The translations under genes were made by a program, and so were the position numbers. A DNA stretch of 64,000 nucleotides from an uncultured virus (IMG/VR IMGVR_UViG_3300033066_001573). Taxonomy: Duplodnaviria > Heunggongvirae > Uroviricota > Caudoviricetes. Positions 1 to 9,220 of the stretch are shown here, piece by piece (within the stretch, counting starts at the first letter, position 1; each line of letters starts with the position of its first letter). Under the pieces are notes generated by a model that was given only the letters and a program-made list of their open reading frames with translations, was not told where the DNA came from and searched no databases. The DNA lies in IMG/VR virus record IMGVR_UViG_3300033066_001573; one strand, given 5' to 3'.

Positions 1-659
1 CCTGTTGTAATTGGAATTATATCATTCGTTGAAAACTGCCAAGTTCCATCAATAATACCTGTTCCTGTCCCTTTTGGAATAACATTTAATGTAATAGCTG
101 TGGAAGGAATATTACTCGTCAATGCTATTGTCCCACTTGCATCAGGAAGTAACCAACTACGTATAGATGCTGTTGAAGCTGAATTTAAAGTACCACCTGA
201 ACCAACAGAAAAATTCAAAGTGTCACCTGAAGTCATAATAATAGGAAGTCCACCTGTAGTATTTCCTGCTGCTAATACTTGTGAAAGAGTGTCAGATGTT
301 ACTGAACTACTTTGAATTACTTGCCATGTAGCTCCATCCCAAAAATTAAAATGTGATGAAGTAGTATTAAAAATAAATAATCCTAATGCAGGGGTTGAAA
401 TAGAATTCCTCTGAGTTTGAGTCATTCTTGGAGTTAAAAAACCTTGACTTGTAGAAGTTAAATCTAAAATAGCTGAGGCACTAGGAGTAATTGTACCTAG
501 TCCAACAGAAGTTCCATTATCAAATAATAAGCTATTTCCAATGTTTGTTCCATCAGGTGTGAATTTACACAAATAGTTTAGAGTACCACCGCCTCCGATA
601 GTACCTCCGCCCCCGCCTCCGCCTGAGCCACTAAAACCAAATGGTGAATTTCCGAACAT
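1..659 (-). CDS. Spike/fibre-like protein, 3'-partial (runs off window; not in ORF track)
   Basis: Manual translation from ATG 659: MFGNSPFGFSGSGGGGGGG...SAILDLTSTSQGFLTPRMTQTQRNSISTPALGLFIFNTT..FNFWDGATW..TLSQVLAAGNTT. This module is typical of Bacteroidota fibre/adhesin proteins. Confidence 0.75.
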   Translation of the reverse strand, partial: MFGNSPFGFSGSGGGGGGGTIGGGGTLNYLCKFTPDGTNIGNSLLFDNGTSVGLGTITPSASAILDLTSTSQGFLTPRMTQTQRNSISTPALGLFIFNTTSSHFNFWDGATWQVIQSSSVTSDTLSQVLAAGNTTGGLPIIMTSGDTLNFSVGSGGTLNSASTASIRSWLLPDASGTIALTSNIPSTAITLNVIPKGTGTGIIDGTWQFSTNDIIPITT

Positions 660-675
660 TTAATTTATTTATAAA

Positions 676-939
676 TTATCTACCTACTATAATCAAAGCT
701 TCACCCGCTGATGCGTCAATCGTATATCCGTCAATGGGAAATTGAAAAGAAACGTTTAATGGAGTTCCGCTAGATAATGTTATAGCATCACTAGCTCTTG
801 AACCTAAAGTAAGACTACCTGAAACTGTAACTGTTCCACTAACTAGTAAAACAGATACAGAAGTAACCCCCATAGATGCAGATATAGTAAGAGTATCTGA
901 TGATAATATGTACGTACCAACGTTTTCTACAAATGCCAT
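676..939 (-). CDS. Small beta-rich protein, possible vertex/spike-associated protein
   Basis: 87 aa, S/T/V/G-rich alternating pattern; immediately upstream of the fibre gene. Confidence 0.4.
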   Translation of the reverse strand: MAFVENVGTYILSSDTLTISASMGVTSVSVLLVSGTVTVSGSLTLGSRASDAITLSSGTPLNVSFQFPIDGYTIDASAGEALIIVGR

Positions 940-949
940 TTTATTTATT

Positions 950-1339
950 TTAACTTATTAATTCTTCTATTTTAATCTCTCTAATTGGAGTGTCATTATT
1001 ATACAAATATAATCTTGGATTAAAATCATCACTTGTAGTATAGAACCTTCCGTTTACACTATTCTCATCAATATTTTCTTTTTTAGCAAAATTAGCTAGT
1101 GCATTACCTAAATAAGTATTAACTAATGGTGCTTGAATTGGATTAAGACCAAGTAAATCTTTTAAACTAACTTCACTAATCGAATCCATTTTTTTCATCA
1201 CATCACATTTTACCGTACTCGCAATAAATCCTTTTTTTCGAGATATACGAACACGAACTTCTTTAGTTGGTATTCCATTACTCTCAGCACAACTCTTTAA
1301 AGCTGACTGAATTTTGCTTACAATTTCTGCTGTTTCCAT
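950..1339 (-). CDS. Hypothetical protein
   Basis: 129 aa ORF with its own -7 box and A-rich leader. Confidence 0.7.
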   Translation of the reverse strand: METAEIVSKIQSALKSCAESNGIPTKEVRVRISRKKGFIASTVKCDVMKKMDSISEVSLKDLLGLNPIQAPLVNTYLGNALANFAKKENIDENSVNGRFYTTSDDFNPRLYLYNNDTPIREIKIEELIS

Positions 1340-1368
1340 TTTTATTATTTTTATTTGCTGTTAAGGTT

Positions 1369-1376
1369 CAAAAATA
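1369..1376 (-). promoter_or_regulatory. Bacteroidota-type -7 promoter element
   Basis: TATTTTTG (TAnnTTTG) on the minus strand, 30 nt upstream of ATG 1339. Confidence 0.55.
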
Positions 1377-1415
1377 ATAAAAATAATGGTTACTTATAAA
1401 AAAAAGACATTCAAT

Positions 1416-1946
1416 TTATGTAACATTTTCAACATCTTTGTTTGTGCTACTAGTTACATCAGCTAATGTAAAAGGCAGTTCGAATGGATATTTCCTCAAA
1501 TTAACTACACCTGCTTTTATATTCAAATTTCCTTTTATAAGTATCTTAACGTTTTTTTGATTCCCAAGCAAATCTGCAATATTAGCTATACCTGCCTTTA
1601 CAACATCTTTTGGGTCTAAACTAACGTAGAATGGTATTTTAGAAACTGATTTTGATTTAATCTTAACGTCCTCATTATTTGTTATTTTAGAAACAAATTT
1701 ACCATTAACGAATACATCATAATTTTGCTCTGATATAATCACACTTAAGTCTCCTTTATTTTCAACATTATAAAATAAGGTAAAGCTAATTCTATCTAAA
1801 GCTAACTTTAGATTTTTAACTCCCCCCATTACCCATTTAGCATTATATATGTAGTCAAATTGTTTTTTTAGATAAATACCTACTAATCCTAAAACAAGCG
1901 TTACTCCGCCTGCTATACCCCATTTTTGTCCTTTTGTAAGTGCCAT
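1416..1946 (-). CDS. LEA_2/WHy-like domain protein with N-terminal membrane anchor
   Basis: N-terminal TM helix, then the pattern VEN....V.I....YDVFVNGKFV...IK....SKIPF.V.L. Confidence 0.6.
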   Translation of the reverse strand: MALTKGQKWGIAGGVTLVLGLVGIYLKKQFDYIYNAKWVMGGVKNLKLALDRISFTLFYNVENKGDLSVIISEQNYDVFVNGKFVSKITNNEDVKIKSKSVSKIPFYVSLDPKDVVKAGIANIADLLGNQKNVKILIKGNLNIKAGVVNLRKYPFELPFTLADVTSSTNKDVENVT

Positions 1947-1973
1947 TTTAAATTATTTATTTATTTTTTAATG

Positions 1974-2639
1974 TTAAACCAAGATGTCTAAAATACTATT
2001 TGTTCCTATCAACTTTTTTATGTAGTTTGCAGTTTCAGTTGGAACTAAATTAATTAATTCACTAGTTGAACCTTTAAATGGAATTATTTTTTTAGATGAT
2101 TTACTATACCTACCTCCATTATAAACAGCGATAACCTTATCCAATCTTACTTTACCATTTTCAACGAACTCATCGCACAACTGCTTCAATAATATTGAAC
2201 CAATTAAAATATTTAACTCAGGCTTTAAAAGGTCAGATTTAGTAATGAATGTCTTTCCTAATGATTTCTGTTTAGGCTTAACTTTTTCAACTAAAGAATA
2301 TCTAGTTCCTAAATATTTTTTCAGCAATTCTTCTTCAGGTTTTTCTAATCTTCCTGCACCTTTTTCCGAAATAATTACATCCGAAGCTGTAGCGGGTGAA
2401 AGCTGCATGATTCCGACTGCGTATGGCGATTGAGCATCTTCACGACCTGCCGATTCTACAAATATTACACCTTCAATTAACTCAGAAGGTAATCCAACTA
2501 TTTTAGCAGTATTATTAATGATTTTTCCATACTTGGGTCTAATGAAATTTACTATTTTTTCTTCATTAGCCTTAGCAGAATCATTATCATAAAATGATTG
2601 TGATATAGCGGGTATTTTTATATTAAGCGTAGAAGCCAT
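1974..2639 (-). CDS. Lytic transglycosylase (SLT family)
   Basis: Motifs IFVESAG (catalytic E), AVGIMQL, AVYNGG. Confidence 0.85.
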   Translation of the reverse strand: MASTLNIKIPAISQSFYDNDSAKANEEKIVNFIRPKYGKIINNTAKIVGLPSELIEGVIFVESAGREDAQSPYAVGIMQLSPATASDVIISEKGAGRLEKPEEELLKKYLGTRYSLVEKVKPKQKSLGKTFITKSDLLKPELNILIGSILLKQLCDEFVENGKVRLDKVIAVYNGGRYSKSSKKIIPFKGSTSELINLVPTETANYIKKLIGTNSILDILV

Positions 2640-2655
2640 TTTGTTTTATTTTTTT

Positions 2656-2892
2656 TTAATCTTCTCTTGTGAAAACTATTTTATTTTTTTTTGAATCAGC
2701 ATCAACCTTACCTTCTCCAACTAACTCTTTTTCCACTGAAAAATAACCGATAGAAGCTCCAACCAACAATCCAATTACAGATGAAATAATATTATTACCT
2801 GAAGGTTTTTTTAAAATAAATCTTGAAACAGAATATCCTACAATAGTTCCTGTTACCCCAAAGCCCAATGCGTATTTAATTTTATTACTCAT
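2656..2892 (-). CDS. Small two-TM membrane protein
   Basis: Two Gly-rich hydrophobic helices. Confidence 0.7.
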   Translation of the reverse strand: MSNKIKYALGFGVTGTIVGYSVSRFILKKPSGNNIISSVIGLLVGASIGYFSVEKELVGEGKVDADSKKNKIVFTRED

Positions 2893-2900
2893 TATATTAT

Positions 2901-3323
2901 TTATTTTTTATTTAACAATAAAATTGAAGCAGAAATTAAAGCTACTCCAAGTGAAACTATTGCGATATATTTACCTAACTTTATTTCTTTTTTAATTACT
3001 CTTTTTGAAACAATAGGTGTTTCTTCTAAAATAGTCTGAGCATCTTCTTTTAAAGTATTTTTAATTGTTCTAACAGGCACACCCATTATATTAATAGGAA
3101 CAATAGATTTAGCAGGAAAAATGTTTTTATTATATCCAACCATAGTGATTGTTATATAATTAGAATCTTCAACTCCATTCAGAATCCACTTTCCTTTTTC
3201 ATCAGACTGAGTGTTTTTAGAGCCGATTAAAGGCTTTCCACTTGAGTCTGAAGTATAGATAGTGGCAAACTCTATTGGTTTGTTACTTGTATCTACTAAT
3301 TGTCCCGAAATAGTATAACCCAT
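2901..3323 (-). CDS. Carboxypeptidase-regulatory-like beta-sandwich protein with C-terminal TM anchor
   Basis: ISGQLVD..NKPIEFATI...TQSDEKGKW.L.....ITITMVGY; C-terminal TM followed by KK. Confidence 0.7.
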   Translation of the reverse strand: MGYTISGQLVDTSNKPIEFATIYTSDSSGKPLIGSKNTQSDEKGKWILNGVEDSNYITITMVGYNKNIFPAKSIVPINIMGVPVRTIKNTLKEDAQTILEETPIVSKRVIKKEIKLGKYIAIVSLGVALISASILLLNKK

Positions 3324-3643
3324 TACTTTAATTTTTTTAGAATATCCATTAATTTTGCTTTCTCAATAGTACTCATTTTTTTCTCACCCTTTTCTAAAAT
3401 AGACATTAACTCATTATGAGTTCTTCTATTAAATCCGCTTAAATATTTCTTTTTAGCAATTGCTAATTTATCAGCAGGAGCATCAAAAATATCATACCCT
3501 TTATTTTTTGATAAGCTAACAAGAGCATCAAAATCAGTATCAGAAAGTTTATTGTCTTTTTTATACATATAAAGACCAATTCCTAATCCTGTTAACCCTA
3601 ATAAACCTAATCCTAATAATATTCCTTTTGTTGTATTTGTCAT
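3323..3643 (-). CDS. N-anchored membrane protein
   Basis: GILLGLGLLGLTGLGIGLYMYKK. Confidence 0.7.
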   Translation of the reverse strand: MTNTTKGILLGLGLLGLTGLGIGLYMYKKDNKLSDTDFDALVSLSKNKGYDIFDAPADKLAIAKKKYLSGFNRRTHNELMSILEKGEKKMSTIEKAKLMDILKKLK

Positions 3644-3644
3644 T

Positions 3645-4235
3645 TTATTTATTTTTTGATTTACTTAAACTGCCTGAAACACTTACTCTATCGTAATCTA
3701 AAATTATTGTAGCAGTTGTTTTTGGTTGAATAACGTAGTCTAAGAAACAAGTTCCATCTAATATCAAGTTGTTTGGTCTAATTTCAGTCATTTTAGATTG
3801 AAACTGCATAGTTGACATCATTGGTATATACTCTTCAGTAGCAGAATTACCTGTTGCATCTTTACATGTCTTTACAAACATTTGATTTGTTTGAGCTACT
3901 GCATTAACTCCATTAGCTATTACCTTAATTGTTTTAACTTTCTTTGGTTCTCTTGGTAAAGTTTGATTAAAATAAGGTAAGTTTGTATTTGATAAACTCG
4001 AATAATTACCTCCGCCATAAGTATCAAATAATCTTATTTGAACAGGATTTAGTGAACTATTTTTAAATGCAAATTGAGTTAAAGAAGCTTTTCCGAAGTT
4101 GTCTATCATTTCTTCGACAAGATTAGACTTATTCTCTTCTTCTTTATTTTTTCTGTATTTTCTTACTCCAATAAAAACTAATGTAGCTGCTAAAAAAGCC
4201 CCACATACTGCTAATATTTTTTCGTTTTTCGTCAT
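3645..4235 (-). CDS. Membrane-anchored paralog of the putative capsid domain
   Basis: N-terminal TM; KDATGN...MSTMQFQS...LILDGT matches 27842..28573. Confidence 0.65.
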   Translation of the reverse strand: MTKNEKILAVCGAFLAATLVFIGVRKYRKNKEEENKSNLVEEMIDNFGKASLTQFAFKNSSLNPVQIRLFDTYGGGNYSSLSNTNLPYFNQTLPREPKKVKTIKVIANGVNAVAQTNQMFVKTCKDATGNSATEEYIPMMSTMQFQSKMTEIRPNNLILDGTCFLDYVIQPKTTATIILDYDRVSVSGSLSKSKNK

Positions 4236-4239
4236 TTGT

Positions 4240-4959
4240 TTATACTAATTTTAATTTAGTGCTTTTATTAAAAAATGTAAAGTAAACTAATCCCGCTATA
4301 CCTAAGCTAATTAACAATACAGGAGCAATATGATTTTTTTTAATGCCTTGATACGCTTCATTAGCAGCGTTTTCAGAAGCACTTTTTAATTGGTCAATTA
4401 TTTTTGCTATTTTATTTCCACCTTGTCTCACTAAACTACTTGAACTGTTTATTCTACTATTTAAAGCAACTTTAACTAGTTCGTTTCTGTTAGTAGTCCC
4501 TTTCGAAACAGCTTCATTAAAATCTTCTGCAAATTTTTTAAACCAACCTGAGCCATTCCACGTAGCATAAATAAAATTAAATAAAAGTCTATCATCTGAT
4601 TCTATAATTTTTCGTGATTCAGCAGAAAGGTATCTACTAGCTAATTTATTATATTGTTCAAACATAACACTAGCAGCACCTATCTTTAATCTATCTTCAT
4701 ATTCCCCACCTTTATAGTTCCACTTCCATTTTTTTCTTGCTCCTAATAAATCAATAACTTCCCAAAATTTTTTTCCTGAAGGTGATGTATTTAAACTACC
4801 TCCATTTTTTCTATCAATACCAAACATAGTTTCTCCACTACTCGAATATCGATTGTCTTTTACCCTCCCATCTTTTAACATATCGGGATGATAATATCCT
4901 CCCTCAATATTATCTATAATGAAATTAGTTATTTTTATATATCTTGCCTTGTCTAACAA
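4240..4959 (-). CDS. GH108-like muramidase with C-terminal TM anchor (TTG start)
   Basis: IEGGYYHP...SGETMFGID resembles the GH108 EGGY..GGET.YGI motif; C-terminal hydrophobic helix. Confidence 0.6.
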   Translation of the reverse strand: MLDKARYIKITNFIIDNIEGGYYHPDMLKDGRVKDNRYSSSGETMFGIDRKNGGSLNTSPSGKKFWEVIDLLGARKKWKWNYKGGEYEDRLKIGAASVMFEQYNKLASRYLSAESRKIIESDDRLLFNFIYATWNGSGWFKKFAEDFNEAVSKGTTNRNELVKVALNSRINSSSSLVRQGGNKIAKIIDQLKSASENAANEAYQGIKKNHIAPVLLISLGIAGLVYFTFFNKSTKLKLV

Positions 4960-4960
4960 A

Positions 4961-5335
4961 TTAATTTGGATATATTTTTTGTAAAGTATTTAATAACTTT
5001 AAATTATATTCATCATTTCTATTTGAAAGACCTAACTGAGCAGCCTCATATATAAATTTCAATTCATCAAAAGTTAATATTTCTGATATATTTTCTACAT
5101 CTTTAAATAATCTTAAATCATATCCGAAAGGAGTAGGGAACTCTACATATTTAACACCTTCATTGAAGTCGTCAATATTTTTTATTTCCTTGTACTTTTC
5201 ACGCATAGCCCTAACAAACTTCATTTTCTCCTCTTCTTCTTTTCTTACCTTATAATAATTAACGGCAGCTTTAGTAGAAATAGAAAGTCCTAATCCAACA
5301 ATTAAAAAAAATACTATTTTAGTCCCTTTTTTCAT
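4961..5335 (-). CDS. N-anchored membrane protein
   Basis: N-terminal TM, charged remainder. Confidence 0.7.
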   Translation of the reverse strand: MKKGTKIVFFLIVGLGLSISTKAAVNYYKVRKEEEEKMKFVRAMREKYKEIKNIDDFNEGVKYVEFPTPFGYDLRLFKDVENISEILTFDELKFIYEAAQLGLSNRNDEYNLKLLNTLQKIYPN

Positions 5336-5706
5336 TAAATATTTTTTAAATCTTCAAATAATTTTTCAATTTCTTTTCCATTAATTGCCTCTAATCCTTT
5401 TACTGAAATAATAGGAAATTTAATTTCATTCTTTTTTTCAATTGGAATAACCGCCATAAAATAATCGTAAAACGGATTAAAATCATCAATTTTCATACTC
5501 GATAAAGTTTTTTTCCAATTACTTATTAATTCTTTATCGCCTTCAGATAAATCTGTTTTATTTGATAATAATTTTTTATTTACCTCACCTAATATTTTCT
5601 TCTCTTTGTTTTTACGAATAGCGTAAATTGTCCCAAAATATCCTATCGATATTACTGATGGAACTAATACTGCAATTAATATGTTTTTAACCAAAGTCTT
5701 ATTCAC
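5335..5706 (-). CDS. N-anchored membrane protein
   Basis: N-terminal TM followed by RKNKEKK. Confidence 0.7.
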   Translation of the reverse strand: MNKTLVKNILIAVLVPSVISIGYFGTIYAIRKNKEKKILGEVNKKLLSNKTDLSEGDKELISNWKKTLSSMKIDDFNPFYDYFMAVIPIEKKNEIKFPIISVKGLEAINGKEIEKLFEDLKNI

Positions 5707-5712
5707 GACAAA

Positions 5713-6267
5713 TTATTTAAAACGATATTTAGGTAGTAACTTCAAATAATTAGCTAATTCATCTTCAAAAAGTATAGAATCACCTTCATTTGCTGTAACT
5801 ATTCCCCATGCACTTTTCCTAAGTTTAACTTCTGAAATTATATCTTTCATTAAATCTCTTTTAGTTAATAGAGTATATCCTGCATTAACCATTTGAAATT
5901 CAAATACACTCTTTATTTTACGAAGTGTTTTATAAAACAAATCCGTATCAGTACCAACACCTTCAATAGCTTTTTTAAAATCACTAGCTAACTGAACCGC
6001 TACTTTACTAGAATCAGCTTTTCCTTTATTATTAAATACAATAGCACCTTTTGGCATAGGATTTGATTTTGTATCTAATAAGTTTTTATTATACAAATTC
6101 TCTATTATATTAACATCACCTTGATTTTCAGTCCTTGAACTTTTTATTTTATCAAGAATAAAATCTACCTCTGCACTTTTTTTATTTCTATTATATAAAA
6201 TCCAAATAGTAGTACCAATTACTAACGTACCACCTATTATTAAACCTTTGTTATCTTTTAAATTCAT
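5713..6267 (-). CDS. Membrane-anchored protein with an annexin-like repeat
   Basis: KKAIEGVGTDTDLFYKTL...FQMVNAGY.....RDLMKDIISE matches the annexin consensus A..G.GTDE......Y.....DL..DI.SE. Confidence 0.65.
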   Translation of the reverse strand: MNLKDNKGLIIGGTLVIGTTIWILYNRNKKSAEVDFILDKIKSSRTENQGDVNIIENLYNKNLLDTKSNPMPKGAIVFNNKGKADSSKVAVQLASDFKKAIEGVGTDTDLFYKTLRKIKSVFEFQMVNAGYTLLTKRDLMKDIISEVKLRKSAWGIVTANEGDSILFEDELANYLKLLPKYRFK

Positions 6268-6668
6268 TTTTTAAGCCCTCCTGACACTAAAGAACTAGCA
6301 TTTTTAGATATGTTATAAACAGCAAATCCTAATCCTAAAATCAATATACCACCAACTGCAAAAGCAGTGTATTTTCCAATTTTCATCATATTTCCGAAAG
6401 CATCTGAAATACTATCTCCTTTATCTGCAATTTCTTGAAATACATTTTCTGATATTTTGATTCCATCATCATTCAATCTATCTCTTAAATCTGTAGTATT
6501 AGCTTCTTTGCTTCCACGTTTTTTCCATGCAGCTAAAAATATACTTGCAGCATCTCTCCTTCCATATCTACTACTTAATTTATCATACCAATTAATCCAT
6601 TCAATATCTTTCGATTTGAAATTTGGCATTGATAAAAGAAGTCTAACGTTTTTTTCTTTAATTTCCAT
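6264..6668 (-). CDS. Membrane protein with C-terminal TM
   Basis: W-rich N-domain; C-terminal hydrophobic helix. Confidence 0.7.
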   Translation of the reverse strand: MEIKEKNVRLLLSMPNFKSKDIEWINWYDKLSSRYGRRDAASIFLAAWKKRGSKEANTTDLRDRLNDDGIKISENVFQEIADKGDSISDAFGNMMKIGKYTAFAVGGILILGLGFAVYNISKNASSLVSGGLKK

Positions 6669-6669
6669 C

Positions 6670-7341
6670 TTAAATAATTTTATAGTAAGGTTTTAAAAAA
6701 CACTTACGTAATTTTAATGTTCCAATAACTTCTTCATACTTTGCTTTTCTTTGAAGTATTTGTTCAAAGTGAGATTCATGAATTTCGTTACCAACTAAGT
6801 GTTGCCTCAAAATATTTTCTTGATTATTACTATTATCATAATCAGGTAAAATTAAATTTCCTGATGGATTAGGCTCTGTTTTTAATTCAGAATTAACTCC
6901 ATTGTCAATACCAAAAACTTCTTTTCCATCAATTACAACAGATTGTTCAGTAGTTGTATTTACTGAATCTGAAGTATCAACTTCATTTTGAACAGTTGCA
7001 ATTGTTTTGAAATACTCTTTATTTAATAATTTACTTTCATTTACACTACCTCCTTTTTCTTTTTTATCAATTTCATTCTTACGAAGTTCAAACAAATATA
7101 AATCCATTTCAGAATCTTTTACAATTAAAATAGAATCTTTTTTTGTTATATTTATATTTTCCTTATTTGCATTTTCATTTAAAATTCCTTTTTCTTTTAG
7201 AAGAAGTATAATTTTTTCATTTGATAATTTTTTAGTATCAATAACCAAACTCATATCAAATGATTTATTAATATAAACACTATATGACACTGATTTTTCA
7301 TCATTATCATTTTCATGTTTTATTTTATTTTTATTTTTCAT
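6670..7341 (-). CDS. Hypothetical protein with GG linker and shared C-terminal CFLKPYY module
   Basis: KEKGG; ends LRKCFLKPYYKII, like 9221..12028. Confidence 0.7.
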   Translation of the reverse strand: MKNKNKIKHENDNDEKSVSYSVYINKSFDMSLVIDTKKLSNEKIILLLKEKGILNENANKENINITKKDSILIVKDSEMDLYLFELRKNEIDKKEKGGSVNESKLLNKEYFKTIATVQNEVDTSDSVNTTTEQSVVIDGKEVFGIDNGVNSELKTEPNPSGNLILPDYDNSNNQENILRQHLVGNEIHESHFEQILQRKAKYEEVIGTLKLRKCFLKPYYKII

Positions 7342-8507
7342 AAATTATTAAATGTAAACGTTCCAAAGTTGTATATTTTTTCTATTTTTTTTATGGAATA
7401 ACTTTTTTTAGTTACTTCAACAACGATACTATTTCCTTTGTTGTGCGTTCCATTTGCCACAAATTTTTCACCATCAATCCAAATCAAATCTTTTGGTTGA
7501 ATTGGATAACGTTGTTTACGAATAGAAGGTTTAAATCCTTTTCTGTTTAACTGAATAGCCCTGTTATTTCTACGTTTTTGACGTATTGTAATCGGGATAA
7601 TTCGGTCTTGATTTGTTCCATTTGCAATCACAAAAGCATCATTGTAATGTGTTTTTTCAAGTCCTAATTTATTTCTATCAACAAAAGTTATGTAGCCGTA
7701 AGTTGCTTTAAATTTTAAATCACGATAAAATCTTTTCGCAATACTCGACATAAAAGTTTCTGCTTTAATTGTTTTTGGAGCAGATAATTTAAGTCCTTTT
7801 TTGTGTAATTTTTCATGACATTTTTTGTGTAAAATAGCTAAGTTTTTAGGCATGTTTGAACCTTTTTTACTACGCTCTAAAACATGGTGAATATGCGAAG
7901 GTTGCCCTTTCGAAAACTCTTTTTTACACACTTGACATTTTCCATTTTCACGAGACATTAAATAACTACGAACGTTTTGGTATCCGTACATATCGCCCTG
8001 TTGATAATCTGTTCCGCTTATATCAGGATTATTTATTTTCTGAATATCAAAATTTCCAACTTCAATTTTTACATTTGAAATAGGTAAAACTTTTTTACAC
8101 AAATTAATAATTTTTAGATGTGTATTATACCTTCTTTCAACTGATGGTTGCAACATTCCTAATCTCTTTTTTCTGTTTAAAAATCGTGGCTTACGATACC
8201 ATAATTTGTTTCTTCTACCTCTTCTGTACATTCTTTTTTCAGTCAATCTACTTGATGTGTTTCCATCTAAAATTACTGTTCCTGAAATCAATTCTTCTTT
8301 TTCTGATACGCAAGAAAACCCAATATTTTCAAAACCTGTGTCGATTCCTAAACTAACATTTTGCACTACATTCTCACACTCAAAATTTAATTGGATGGTG
8401 AATGGAAACATTTTAAAAACCTTTGCTTTACCTGATTTCAGTAGCTTTTTAGCTTTCGCAGGTTTGCAAGGCATTAAAGGATTTCCACTAATTCCAACTA
8501 CGTACAC
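7338..8507 (-). CDS. iscB: IscB RNA-guided endonuclease (likely start GTG 8507; frame open to 8681)
   Basis: PLMP motif (GNPLMPC), RuvC-I LGIDTG, bridge helix RMYRRGRR, RuvC-II IEVGNFD, HNH CQVC..HIHH..N...LHKKCH, RuvC-III THYNDA. Confidence 0.92.
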   Translation of the reverse strand: MYVVGISGNPLMPCKPAKAKKLLKSGKAKVFKMFPFTIQLNFECENVVQNVSLGIDTGFENIGFSCVSEKEELISGTVILDGNTSSRLTEKRMYRRGRRNKLWYRKPRFLNRKKRLGMLQPSVERRYNTHLKIINLCKKVLPISNVKIEVGNFDIQKINNPDISGTDYQQGDMYGYQNVRSYLMSRENGKCQVCKKEFSKGQPSHIHHVLERSKKGSNMPKNLAILHKKCHEKLHKKGLKLSAPKTIKAETFMSSIAKRFYRDLKFKATYGYITFVDRNKLGLEKTHYNDAFVIANGTNQDRIIPITIRQKRRNNRAIQLNRKGFKPSIRKQRYPIQPKDLIWIDGEKFVANGTHNKGNSIVVEVTKKSYSIKKIEKIYNFGTFTFNNL

Positions 8508-8775
8508 AACAACTTTACGTTTCGATGTACGCTTCGATAAATCCACTTCGGGGATGTTAAGAGAGGTTTTTGAACTTGCAACACTAAGAGTTTCCTCTTT
8601 GTTTAATTGCAAATCACAGTTGCTACGGACTTGTGGAGCATCCGTAGGTGTGTATGTATTTCTCTTTCTTAACTTCTGCATTTTACTTTTTAATTTAAAA
8701 CTTACCCCCTAATCAACCTGTTACCCTCGAATCTCACGATTCAAGCCCGAACCTTTTAAAGTGTGGGTGATTGAC
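8508..8775 (-). ncRNA. omegaRNA (HEARO-like) scaffold of IscB
   Basis: GC-elevated structured region upstream of PLMP; GTCAATCACCC pairs with GGTTGATT; internal hairpin TTGAATCGTGAGATTCGA. Boundaries approximate. Confidence 0.75.
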
Positions 8776-8818
8776 AAGTTATTAACCTACAACTTAAATT
8801 TTCAATAAGGCGATTAAT

Positions 8819-8840
8819 AATAAGGCTTTTCAGCCTTATT
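8819..8840. terminator. Hairpin, probable terminator after 8886..9182
   Basis: AATAAGGCT-TTTC-AGCCTTATT perfect stem. Confidence 0.5.
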
Positions 8841-8885
8841 ACTATCTAAATTTTTATTCTTACTATCCTTATTTTCAGACATAGA

Positions 8886-9182
8886 TTACTTACCTGCCTC
8901 TACGTTAGCTACTGTTTTAACTGCTTCTGCCGCTGCTTTAACTGCTTCTGCTGTCTTAGCTGTTGCTTCTGCATTTTTAACTTCAGTGTTTACAGGCTTA
9001 AGAGTAGTGTCAGCTTTTTTGCCACCTAATAAGTAACCTGCCGCTGCACCTGCTGCAAGACCTATACCTGCAAAAATTAACATACTCTTAACATCTCTTT
9101 TTTTCATGAAATACGCAATACCTAATGCACCTGCTGCACCGATACCACCATAAATCGCCATTGGTTTCATTTTTTCTTTCAT
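8886..9182 (-). CDS. Two-TM Ala/Gly-rich membrane protein
   Basis: Two hydrophobic helices; Ala-rich tail. Confidence 0.75.
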   Translation of the reverse strand: MKEKMKPMAIYGGIGAAGALGIAYFMKKRDVKSMLIFAGIGLAAGAAAGYLLGGKKADTTLKPVNTEVKNAEATAKTAEAVKAAAEAVKTVANVEAGK

Positions 9183-9220
9183 TTTGTTTTTGTTTTATTT
9201 GGTTTTTATTTTTGGGTTAT

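Larger units (their letters stand above)
7338..8775 (-). mobile_element. IS200/IS605-superfamily IscB-omegaRNA element (no tnpA)
   Basis: Begins GTCAATCACCC at 8775 on the minus strand, as IscB/HEARO loci typically do; structured leader, then iscB. Confidence 0.8.

Noticed and set aside
8508..8681. 58-aa N-terminal extension of IscB as a novel domain
   Set aside because: It overlaps the omegaRNA scaffold, and IscB normally starts just before the PLMP motif. Translation is not excluded but is unsupported.
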